DNA of 52,693 nt from Candidatus Kaiserbacteria bacterium GW2011_GWA2_52_12 (lineage in GTDB: Bacteria > Patescibacteriota > Minisyncoccia > Phycocordibacterales > UBA2100): contig LCQW01000005.1 in NCBI GenBank assembly GCA_001004345.1, positions 1 through 52,693 on the forward strand, given 5' to 3'. Shown here piece by piece: positions 22,364-30,300 of the stretch (position 1 is its first letter; each line of letters opens with the position of its first letter). The notes under the pieces were generated by a model. It ran no database searches. It saw only the letters and a list, made by a program, of their open reading frames with translations, and was not told where the DNA came from. The position numbers and the translations under genes are program-made.

Positions 22364-23632
22364 ATGCGCAGGATCGCAGCGGTTCTTTTTTCATTTTTTG
22401 TATTGTTTTCTCTACCGATCGTAGTCAGTGTCGTTGTTCTTGCTTCGCCCCTGGCGATATCAGCCCAAACACTCGGTGTGGGATGTAGATTGTCTACGGT
22501 GCAAGATAAAGCCGAAATGGCTGCTCGTGGTATACCGCAAAAGTTTGAAGTGTGTCCCGCAGACGAAAAAATATTGGGTATTGGGCGTGACTTCGAGCAG
22601 TGGTACGCGCAATTGAAAGCGCAATTACCGTGCAACAAAAACACCTGTACGCTGTCGTGCCGCACACGCAATACGGGTGCCCAAGTGTGTGGCCCCACGG
22701 CGACGCGGTGGAACTCGATCGGGTGCCATCCGAACAATCGAACCGCTATTTTTCCCACGGTTTCTCATGGATTTGCCGCCCATATAGAGCTGCTCCGACG
22801 ATATTGCGGGGAACGCGGTCGATGCACGATCGGCGGCGTCGTCCAGCAATGGACTGCGACAGCCGGTGATCGATCTGCGTATGCAAATTTCGTTTCCAGA
22901 AATGCCGGCATTCCCGTGAATCAAGTGTATAATCCAAACGACATTGACCTCGTGGCACGTCTCGCAATGGCGATGGCCTGTTTCGAGGCGGGTTCTCTGC
23001 CATATAGCGCAGATGAACTCAAGCAGGGCCTCATTATGGCTAGCGGTGGTGCCCGCGTGCCAGTGCCGAGCAATGTCGGACAGTTGCTCAATGAAAGTAT
23101 GACTGGAGGCTACGCCACGAACCCGAGCTATTCACCGAATTCGCACCCGGGAAGCTGGACGTACCCACTATCGAGTATCAGCGGAAACAACTATAATCCA
23201 CCGCGTCAATCAAGTGGTTTCATGAGCGGAGCGGGTAACGCTTCCTACACATCAAGTCCTTTCGCCAATCTCTCGCCGGTACCAATCGGCGGTACTGCAC
23301 AAATAGGACAACCAACAGCGGGCACTTCTTCAAATGGAACGACTTCCTATGCGCCCACTTCGGCAAGTTCGACGCGCTACTTCGCGTCATCCATCGTCGT
23401 TCAGCCGAGAGTTGTATCGAGTGGTGATACCGTCGTTGTTTCGTGGACGAGCGTCGGTACGAGTGCCTGCCAGATCTTTGCCAGCTCGCAGTCCATCGGT
23501 GAGGGAATGGAGGGCTCCCGCACCATTACTACATCAAGCGCGCCTTCCGACACGTCAATGACATTTACGCTGCGATGCCGGACATTGCAAGGAACACTGG
23601 ATGAACACATCGCATCTGTTACGCTACGTTAG
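22364..23632 (+). CDS. Secreted Cys-rich protein with putative lysozyme-like domain, S/T/P linker and beta-rich C-terminal domain
   Basis: Signal/TM segment; AIFPTVSHGFAAHIELLRRY..TIGGVVQQW..AYANFVS..MACFEAG resembles phage virion muramidase-like proteins. Confidence 0.6.
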   Translation: MRRIAAVLFSFFVLFSLPIVVSVVVLASPLAISAQTLGVGCRLSTVQDKAEMAARGIPQKFEVCPADEKILGIGRDFEQWYAQLKAQLPCNKNTCTLSCRTRNTGAQVCGPTATRWNSIGCHPNNRTAIFPTVSHGFAAHIELLRRYCGERGRCTIGGVVQQWTATAGDRSAYANFVSRNAGIPVNQVYNPNDIDLVARLAMAMACFEAGSLPYSADELKQGLIMASGGARVPVPSNVGQLLNESMTGGYATNPSYSPNSHPGSWTYPLSSISGNNYNPPRQSSGFMSGAGNASYTSSPFANLSPVPIGGTAQIGQPTAGTSSNGTTSYAPTSASSTRYFASSIVVQPRVVSSGDTVVVSWTSVGTSACQIFASSQSIGEGMEGSRTITTSSAPSDTSMTFTLRCRTLQGTLDEHIASVTLR

Positions 23633-23754
23633 AAACTGTTGAAAAAGTCCATATGCATCGTTGTCATCGTCGCTCGAACGCTCACCGTACGTTCAGTACG
23701 GCTCACGTTCTCGTTCCTCGACGCCTCGCCTCTGGAGCTTTTTCAACAGTTTCT
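23631..23754. mobile_element. 124-nt palindromic MITE-like element (copy 2)
   Basis: 17-bp perfect terminal IR agaaactgttgaaaaag/ctttttcaacagtttct; central hairpin ccgtac..gtacgg. Confidence 0.72.
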
Positions 23755-23778
23755 TAATTCTGGTACACTCTGGTAATC

Positions 23779-24108
23779 ATGCTCCAAAGTAATGGACAGA
23801 AGAAATTCCAAAGAACCATCGAGGACTTTACCTGTGAGCACTGTGGAGAGTTCGTAAAGGGTACCGGCTACACCAATCACTGCCCGAAGTGTCTCTGGAG
23901 CAAGCACGTGGACAAAAATCCGGGCGATAGGGCAGAGGCGTGTTGCGGCATGATGGAGCCCACGAGGCTCGAAGGCACGACACCGCACTATCGCATCGTG
24001 CACCGGTGCGTACGCTGCAAAATGAAGCGCAAGAATGACATTGCGAAGAATGATAGCAACGAGGCCATCATTGCGCTTGCCACAAAGGCAGCGCATACAA
24101 GGATGTAG
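23779..24108 (+). CDS. RNHCP-domain Zn-ribbon protein
   Basis: FTCEHCG, YTNHCPKCLWSKHVD, PGDRA..C.G.M, HRCVRC. Confidence 0.9.
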   Translation: MLQSNGQKKFQRTIEDFTCEHCGEFVKGTGYTNHCPKCLWSKHVDKNPGDRAEACCGMMEPTRLEGTTPHYRIVHRCVRCKMKRKNDIAKNDSNEAIIALATKAAHTRM

Positions 24109-24164
24109 GGGCTATATCCCATTCGGAGTTGCATATTTTTGGTATCGTGCCATGATTTTGATAT

Positions 24165-24668
24165 ATGTCGCCAATTGACCCGGGTCTGGAAAGTATACCG
24201 CACTACTGGGGCGATGTGGCGCGCCAGCTCTCGGTGGGCGGCGCGGCGCTCATGCTCGTTGGTGCGCCGTGGTATGCCAATGAATTATTGACGCAATTCC
24301 CACTCATCATCATTGCAGCCATTTTGTCGGTCGGCCTCGCGGCGCTCGTCAATCCGCTCATGCGGTGGGTGTCCGTGTTCGATGCGATGATGTCCTGCAT
24401 TATCGCCATTGTGTATGCCCCGTGGGCGTTTTATGCGTATCAGGATGGAGAATATCTGATGTTTGTACTCCGGATGGCCGTTGCGATCATTTTCCTTTTC
24501 GCCTTTTATTTCAATACAAAGACCGTGCGCGCGATGGTTCTGCATCAATTCAATAGTCGCGACATTGAAGTTTCGGAGGCAGAAAAGAGAATGGTAACGG
24601 ACGCAGAGATTATGCCGGGTTCTGATGATCTATCTACGGATAATGGCAATTCATCGTCTTTGTCATGA
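24165..24668 (+). CDS. Hypothetical membrane protein
   Basis: About four hydrophobic helices; fits gene spacing. Confidence 0.75.
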   Translation: MSPIDPGLESIPHYWGDVARQLSVGGAALMLVGAPWYANELLTQFPLIIIAAILSVGLAALVNPLMRWVSVFDAMMSCIIAIVYAPWAFYAYQDGEYLMFVLRMAVAIIFLFAFYFNTKTVRAMVLHQFNSRDIEVSEAEKRMVTDAEIMPGSDDLSTDNGNSSSLS

Positions 24669-24698
24669 AGGGACGAATAATGAGGTAAAATAGGGGGA

Positions 24699-25292
24699 AT
24701 GGTCGCAAAAAAGATACTCCTTCTTTTGGGGCATCCCGATAAAAGCGGTTTTTGCGGCGCGCTTGCCGACGCATACGAAGCGGGTGCACACGAAGGAGGT
24801 CACACTATCGAGCGACTCAATCTCGGTGACATGCAATTCGATCCGATATTGCACAAGGGCTATCGGGAGATACAGCCGCTCGAGCCCGACCTCATAAAAT
24901 TTCAGCAGCTCGTCGCATGGGCGGATCATTTCGTCATTATTTATCCCGTGTGGTGGGTGGGTATGCCGGCCTTATTGAAAGGACTGTTTGATCGCGCATG
25001 GCTTCCCGGTTCCGCATTTCGCTACATCAAGACAAAAACAGGTGCCCACACGATTTTCTGGCATCGACTCTTTCGCGGCAAAACAGCGCGCACTATTCTT
25101 GCGAGCGGCACGGCCCCGCTCCTCGTGCGGTTCTTGCCGGGCAACGTGAATGCACAACTCCGATGGGGGATCTTATGGTTCGCCGGCTTCCGCGTATGCG
25201 GCACATGGTTTGGACCATCCGAACATATCCCCGAGACAAGGCGAGAAAGGTGGATACGTCACGTCAGGGATATCGGAAGGAGAGGAAAATGA
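24699..25292 (+). CDS. NAD(P)H-dependent oxidoreductase (Flavodoxin_2 family)
   Basis: LGHPDKSGF, LEPDL, WADH, YPVWWVGMPALLKGLFDR. Confidence 0.9.
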   Translation: MVAKKILLLLGHPDKSGFCGALADAYEAGAHEGGHTIERLNLGDMQFDPILHKGYREIQPLEPDLIKFQQLVAWADHFVIIYPVWWVGMPALLKGLFDRAWLPGSAFRYIKTKTGAHTIFWHRLFRGKTARTILASGTAPLLVRFLPGNVNAQLRWGILWFAGFRVCGTWFGPSEHIPETRRERWIRHVRDIGRRGK

Positions 25293-25321
25293 TATATCAA
25301 GGCGACGCCTTGAGAGGGCCT

Positions 25322-25543
25322 CTACCAGACCGTCAATATCTTTGAGGGTCGTTTGTGTCCGCGCACGAGGCGGACTTTTGATACCGGGACATGGAAGTGG
25401 CGTGCAACGAGTTCAATGACGCGGGAATTCGCGCGGTTCTCGAGCGGCTTTTCCTTGACCGATATTTCAAGTACATGTTCCGACACGACGCTGATGCTTT
25501 CCTTTCGCGCATTCGTGTGTACTCGCGCTCGTATCTGATGCAT
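25322..25543 (-). CDS. DUF167/YggU family protein
   Basis: VKEKPLENRANSRVIELVARHF, VRLVRGHKRPSKIL. Confidence 0.85.
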   Translation of the reverse strand: MHQIRARVHTNARKESISVVSEHVLEISVKEKPLENRANSRVIELVARHFHVPVSKVRLVRGHKRPSKILTVW

Positions 25544-25602
25544 ACAGTGAGGATAGCAGGGCACGACAAAACGACAAAATAGGCTATAATCCAGTCTAAA
25601 TT

Positions 25603-26730
25603 ATGTCGCTATCGATAGGGATAGTGGGGATGCCGAACGTCGGGAAATCGACGCTTTTTAATGCTTTGACGAAGAAAGGCGTGCCCTGCGAGAATTATCC
25701 TTTTTGCACGATAGACCCGTCGGTCGGCGTCGTCGCCGTGCCGGATTTCCGAGTGGATAGGCTTGCGGAGATGTCGCACTCGGTGAAAAAAATCCCGGCG
25801 GTCGTTGAGTTCGTGGATATTGCGGGATTGGTGAAGGGTGCCTCCGAGGGAGAAGGTTTGGGCAATCAATTCCTCACACACATACGCGACGTGGACGCGA
25901 TTGCTGAAGTGGTGCGTATTTTTGATGATGAAGATATTCATCATGTGGCAGGCACGGTGGATCCGCGGCAAGATATTGAAGTCATAGACCTTGAGCTCGT
26001 GCTTGCCGATCTGCAGAGCGCGGAGAAACAACTCGAGCGTCTCGAACGTGACGCGAAGGGCCTCGCCCATAGGTCTACGGCCGAGGGAGGTGACAAGGAC
26101 ACGATTGCGAGCAGGGACGTGCTACGGAAGATCATGCCGGCACTGAAAGCGGGCAAAGCTGCGCGCACTGTGCAGCTCGACGATAAAGAAAAAGATGTCG
26201 CGCGACTCTTTCACTTCCTAACGACCAAACCGATCCTCTACGTGCTCAATAGAAAAAGCGGCGTGATCAACGTCGATGCCGAGAAGGGGGAGCGCTCGCG
26301 AGCACTGATGGAATTTCTCGAATCTACGCATGCTGGATATGTGACGATCGACGCCGGCGTGGAGCGCGACCTCTCCGACGTGCACGAAGACGAACGTGCG
26401 GAGTTTCGCCGCGAACTCGGTTCTCTCGACGATGGTATCGACACTCTCATCAAAGGTGGGTACAAACTTCTCGACCTCATTTCATTTTTCACGACCGGCG
26501 ATGATGAAACACGGGCATGGACGATACATCGCGGCGCAAAAGCGCCCGAAGCGGGCGCCGCTATTCACACCGATTTTCGTGATAAATTCATCCGCACCGA
26601 AGTCATAGACTGGGATACATTGCTCGAAGTCGGTTCATTCGCAAAAGCACGCGAAAAAGGAATACTCCGCACCGAAGGCAAAGAATACATCGTGCAAGAC
26701 GGCGATGTCATGGAGTTTTTGCACAGTTGA
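25603..26730 (+). CDS. ychF: Ribosome-binding ATPase YchF
   Basis: GMPNVGKSTLFN, NYPFCTIDP, DIAGLVKGASEGEGLGNQFL, EGKEYIVQDGD. Confidence 0.97.
   Translation: MSLSIGIVGMPNVGKSTLFNALTKKGVPCENYPFCTIDPSVGVVAVPDFRVDRLAEMSHSVKKIPAVVEFVDIAGLVKGASEGEGLGNQFLTHIRDVDAIAEVVRIFDDEDIHHVAGTVDPRQDIEVIDLELVLADLQSAEKQLERLERDAKGLAHRSTAEGGDKDTIASRDVLRKIMPALKAGKAARTVQLDDKEKDVARLFHFLTTKPILYVLNRKSGVINVDAEKGERSRALMEFLESTHAGYVTIDAGVERDLSDVHEDERAEFRRELGSLDDGIDTLIKGGYKLLDLISFFTTGDDETRAWTIHRGAKAPEAGAAIHTDFRDKFIRTEVIDWDTLLEVGSFAKAREKGILRTEGKEYIVQDGDVMEFLHS
26060..26088. repeat. Hairpin insertion in frame in ychF
   Basis: cctcgcccataggtctacggccgagg adds LAHRSTAEG within the AKG-GDK segment. Confidence 0.55.
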
Positions 26731-26761
26731 GTGTAGAATTAGCGGATGGCACACTGCTCAT

Positions 26762-26989
26762 ATGAGTGAAAAAGAGGTTTCAAATAAAGCAATATTCGAA
26801 CTCGTCTCCTCTCTTTATGAGAAAGTGAATAATGATGTAACAATGAAGAGCGACCTTGAGCGAGTTAAAGAAGAGATTCTTGATGTCGTTCGCCCGATTG
26901 AGCGCGCTGTCGACAAAGACGCAGTGAAACTCGTCAGCCATGAAAGTCGTATAACTAAACTTGAGCGGCATCTCGCGCTCGGATCATAG
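26762..26989 (+). CDS. Small hypothetical coiled-coil protein
   Basis: 75 aa with TMKSDL and HESRITKLE; -10-like CACACT 6 nt before ATG. Confidence 0.65.
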   Translation: MSEKEVSNKAIFELVSSLYEKVNNDVTMKSDLERVKEEILDVVRPIERAVDKDAVKLVSHESRITKLERHLALGS

Positions 26990-27020
26990 TTAAAAAGAAA
27001 GAGCGACCACGAGTCGCTCT
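26990..27020 (-). terminator. Terminator-like hairpin between convergent genes
   Basis: agagcgac/gtcgctct stem with A tract on + (T tract on -). Confidence 0.6.
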
Positions 27021-27030
27021 GGGGTTCAGC

Positions 27031-27450
27031 CTACTTGTTGAACTGTTTGAGGAGCTCGCGAGCAAGGTCTTTGTCCTTTTTCGCTTCCTCCTGTTTGATT
27101 GTTTGTTGTCGACCTTCATCCATTGCCGCAAACCACCGTTCTGTTGAAATAAAAGCAGCAGTACCGTTTGGACACCGTACGATGGTTCCCGAAAACTGTT
27201 CGTTTCTGTAAAGGACAAGCACTCGACCATCATCGGTGATGCCAGCCACGGTTATCGTGCCACCGATTTTAGTCATGCATACTTCGTTTTGTGTCCATTT
27301 ATAAAACAGTGTACTTAGGGACTCTGCATTTTGAACGTTGAGCCACATGCCTTCCACGGAAGGAATCATGTCGTTCTTCTTGACCTCTTGCGCAAAGCTC
27401 GGTGTGAGTGAAAGAGCAAACACAGCTGTTGCCAGCAATAAGCGACGCAT
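27031..27450 (-). CDS. Secreted hypothetical protein
   Basis: Signal peptide MRRLLLATAVFALSLTPSFA; SD GAGGGAG; two Cys. Confidence 0.8.
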   Translation of the reverse strand: MRRLLLATAVFALSLTPSFAQEVKKNDMIPSVEGMWLNVQNAESLSTLFYKWTQNEVCMTKIGGTITVAGITDDGRVLVLYRNEQFSGTIVRCPNGTAAFISTERWFAAMDEGRQQTIKQEEAKKDKDLARELLKQFNK

Positions 27451-27529
27451 TTTTAGTCTCCCTCTGTTTGAACTGTACTATTTGTACACTGTGCCGAATT
27501 GCGGTCAAGTCACTCATATCCGGATGTAT

Positions 27530-27562
27530 AAAAAAATGGGTCTCGGCTTTTGGCCGAGACCC
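27530..27562 (-). terminator. Rho-independent terminator
   Basis: 10-bp stem gggtctcggc/gccgagaccc with T tract on - strand downstream of 27590..29014. Confidence 0.8.
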
Positions 27563-27589
27563 GATGGCAAACGAGTGAGTGCCGTGTAC

Positions 27590-29014
27590 TCAACTCGCAG
27601 AGAAGTTCCTGCACACCTTCCACTTCAGAGCGACCGCATAGAAATAGATCGTGCTGGGCCGGAATTTGAGTCGTCTGATATCGGGAGTTCGAGGGCCCGT
27701 CGTCTCACAGATGAGCTCTTGAACTTCGCGTTCGAGGTCGAGCTTTTTGCGGCGCGCATTCTCCTCGTTCGCAAAACACTTACGTTTTGCGGCCGCTCGC
27801 GTGGATTCGTTCAGCTTCCTGTTCAACCTCTCGAATTTCGCATTCCAGTCCACGCCTTCGGCCCAGAATAGAACGAGTGAGACGAACCCGAAGAATACGC
27901 CGGTGACGAGCATGCCGATGGCGAAAGCTGTCAGCAGCTGCAGGAGTGCCCCCAGACCGACCGTGAGAACTGCCACGATGAGAACTTGCAGAATTGTCAA
28001 TGGACTGAAGATGAAGGGGAAGATGAGATGTCGATTCCCCATTTTCCAGATAAATCGAGATCCAGTCACATCGGCACCGACGTTTCCCGGGCTCATCTTG
28101 AGCGGATGTCGCAGGGGAGCATAGTTGATTCCGCGCATTCCCACCAAGTTCAGTACAATCACTCCGAGAAGCGCGACAGCGAATTTTACAATCGCTTTGA
28201 CCCCGAGATACGGGAATCGCACGAGCTGGAACGGATACACGAGTAGCCGACGGTCGCGGAAGGCACATTCGTCCCTCGGTTTATTTTTGAAGAAGGAATT
28301 GACCCACTCATAGTCTCGCGGTTTCTCGGCAAAGAGCGCCTCCGGCATATCGATGTCGAAACAGCTGGAGCCGAGCATTTTGATGGACGTAAGGCAATCA
28401 CCGTGACTTGAGATGACGTTACTCGTATACTCACCGTCCCTCATATTGAGGTACCTGTCGATGAGGTCTCTTTGGCTGCCCCATTGATTGACGATCACAC
28501 CGACAACGCGATGTCTTCCTGACGTGTTGAACGACAGCACCGCCATCGGCTTGTTGAGGGCGATTATCTGCCGCCTCTCCTTCAGCGACTGATGCCTGTC
28601 GTCAGAATTAGAAAGTGGGTACTGGATTATCAGAAGACCCAAGGCATCCCCTTCCAATGACTGTTTTTTAATCTTTGCAGCTGTCTTTGCATCGACGCAC
28701 CATGAAACAAAGAAGCTCGGCTGTAGGAGGGCGTGTTCGGGCACTCCCAATGTGACACCGTCGTTTGCGAGACCCGCAAAACGGCTTTCGGGTGTCTCGT
28801 GGGCATACGGAGTGCGGAAGAATCCCTTGCCGCGTTTCTCGTCCGGCTGCACACCGAACTCAAGTTCCATCCCGACGCGGAGTGGCCGATTGCAATCATT
28901 TCCATGGACGAAGATGCCGTCCGTCGTCTCGATGGGCGGTTCGACCGTTGTTTGGTCGATGTAACCGTATCTGTCTTCTTTCGTCCATTTTAAGGTGCCT
29001 CTATAAAGTGCCAT
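27590..29014 (-). CDS. Cold-shock-domain-containing membrane protein
   Basis: N-terminal GTLKW..YGYI..IFVH..LRVGMELEF (CSD RNP1/RNP2), unknown middle region, C-terminal TM helices and coiled coil. Confidence 0.75.
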   Translation of the reverse strand: MALYRGTLKWTKEDRYGYIDQTTVEPPIETTDGIFVHGNDCNRPLRVGMELEFGVQPDEKRGKGFFRTPYAHETPESRFAGLANDGVTLGVPEHALLQPSFFVSWCVDAKTAAKIKKQSLEGDALGLLIIQYPLSNSDDRHQSLKERRQIIALNKPMAVLSFNTSGRHRVVGVIVNQWGSQRDLIDRYLNMRDGEYTSNVISSHGDCLTSIKMLGSSCFDIDMPEALFAEKPRDYEWVNSFFKNKPRDECAFRDRRLLVYPFQLVRFPYLGVKAIVKFAVALLGVIVLNLVGMRGINYAPLRHPLKMSPGNVGADVTGSRFIWKMGNRHLIFPFIFSPLTILQVLIVAVLTVGLGALLQLLTAFAIGMLVTGVFFGFVSLVLFWAEGVDWNAKFERLNRKLNESTRAAAKRKCFANEENARRKKLDLEREVQELICETTGPRTPDIRRLKFRPSTIYFYAVALKWKVCRNFSAS

Positions 29015-29060
29015 TTTCAGTAGTCCTCAATGGGTAGCAGGAGCTGATATTTGAAAGAAC

Positions 29061-29124
29061 TACCCTTTCCTCCAGATATCCCTCGTACCCTCCACGGATA
29101 CGGAGGAGACTGGAGAAAAAGGTA
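29061..29124 (-). promoter_or_regulatory. Long stem-loop in the putative 5' leader of the CSD gene
   Basis: tacctttttctccag..tccgtatcc pairs with gggtacgaggga..ctggaggaaagggta on the - strand. Confidence 0.55.
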
Positions 29125-29195
29125 TGTATTTTTACCACGGTTATTAGATCATGTCTAGTGGTCGGCAAAAAAGACGATTATGCTATGCTATAGCA

Positions 29196-30164
29196 ATGGA
29201 CAAACCAAAAGTAACCCCAAAGGACTTTTTCCTCTGGGCGGGGGCGATGGTTTCTTTATACGTAAGCGTTTTTTCGTTCATTTCGTTGATATTCGATTAC
29301 ATCAATTACACATTTCCCGATCCGCTCCAATACTTTCCCACCAATCCGTATTCCGGCTCCATCAGCTACGAAATGGCGTCGCTCATCGTTATGTTCCCGA
29401 TATTTCTCATCCTTATGCGCGTCATCAACAATGACATCGCGCGCGACCCAACAAGGCGCGATATCTGGATACGGCGCTGGGCTCTCTATTTGACCCTTTT
29501 TATCGCAGCGCTCGCGCTCGCGGGAGACCTCATCACGCTCATCATGTATTTCCTCAACGGTGAAATAACCATCCGTTTCATCGCGAAAGTATTCGTCGTG
29601 TTCGCGGTCGCGGCTGCGGGCTTTCTGCATTTTGTCGCCGACCTGCGCGGATTTTGGGAGCAAAATCGCAATCAGGCGCGTTCCGTGGGCTTGGCGACAG
29701 GCGGTCTCATCCTTATCACGGTCATCTCTGGATTCTTCATCATCGGAACGCCGTGGGAGGCCCGCTTGTATCGGTTTGATGAGCAGAAAGTGGGCGACCT
29801 GCAGAATATCCAGTATCAGATAGTCAATTATTGGCAGCAAAAGCAAACGATTCCGCCTGCATTGGCCGATCTCTATGACCCGATACAGGGCAATATTCTT
29901 CCACGCGACCCGCAAACGGGAGAGCAGTATGCCTACGCCATCCTCGGGACGTATTCTTTCAAACTCTGTGCCACGTTCAATGCCGAGACCCCGGCTCGTT
30001 CGGCCGATGCGGCGAATAGCCCAGCAGTACCGGTGAGTCCCGTGGGCTCAAAGCTTGTACAAAATGAAACGTGGTATCACCCGGCAGGAGAGTTCTGTTT
30101 CAATCGCGGCATCGATCCCCAGCGCTATCCGCCGTACTCAAAGACGATACAAAAAACACAATGA
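29196..30164 (+). CDS. DUF5671-like membrane protein
   Basis: PKDFFLW, RRWALYLTLFIA, GDLITL, IIGTP..ARL.RFDE..V.DLQ, DPQTGEQY, FKLCATF. Confidence 0.78.
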   Translation: MDKPKVTPKDFFLWAGAMVSLYVSVFSFISLIFDYINYTFPDPLQYFPTNPYSGSISYEMASLIVMFPIFLILMRVINNDIARDPTRRDIWIRRWALYLTLFIAALALAGDLITLIMYFLNGEITIRFIAKVFVVFAVAAAGFLHFVADLRGFWEQNRNQARSVGLATGGLILITVISGFFIIGTPWEARLYRFDEQKVGDLQNIQYQIVNYWQQKQTIPPALADLYDPIQGNILPRDPQTGEQYAYAILGTYSFKLCATFNAETPARSADAANSPAVPVSPVGSKLVQNETWYHPAGEFCFNRGIDPQRYPPYSKTIQKTQ

Positions 30165-30216
30165 GCATCGATATGGTCTTTTCGAGCAGCGTAGCCGTAT
30201 GCTACGCTGTCTTGAT

Positions 30217-30300
30217 ATGCACGGATATGACCATAAAAAAATAGAAAAAAAATGGCCCTCCTTCGCTAAAGCTACGGACGGGCAAGCAAAAATCGTATGA
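30217..30300 (+). pseudogene. 27-aa uORF resembling a LeuRS N-terminal fragment with a family A repeat
   Basis: MHGYDHKKIEKKW vs leuS MKRYDHKGIERKW; stop overlaps the leuS start (ATGA). Confidence 0.6.
30255..30287 (+). repeat. Short palindromic repeat, family A
   Basis: gccctccttcgctaaagctacggacgggcaagc. Confidence 0.85.
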
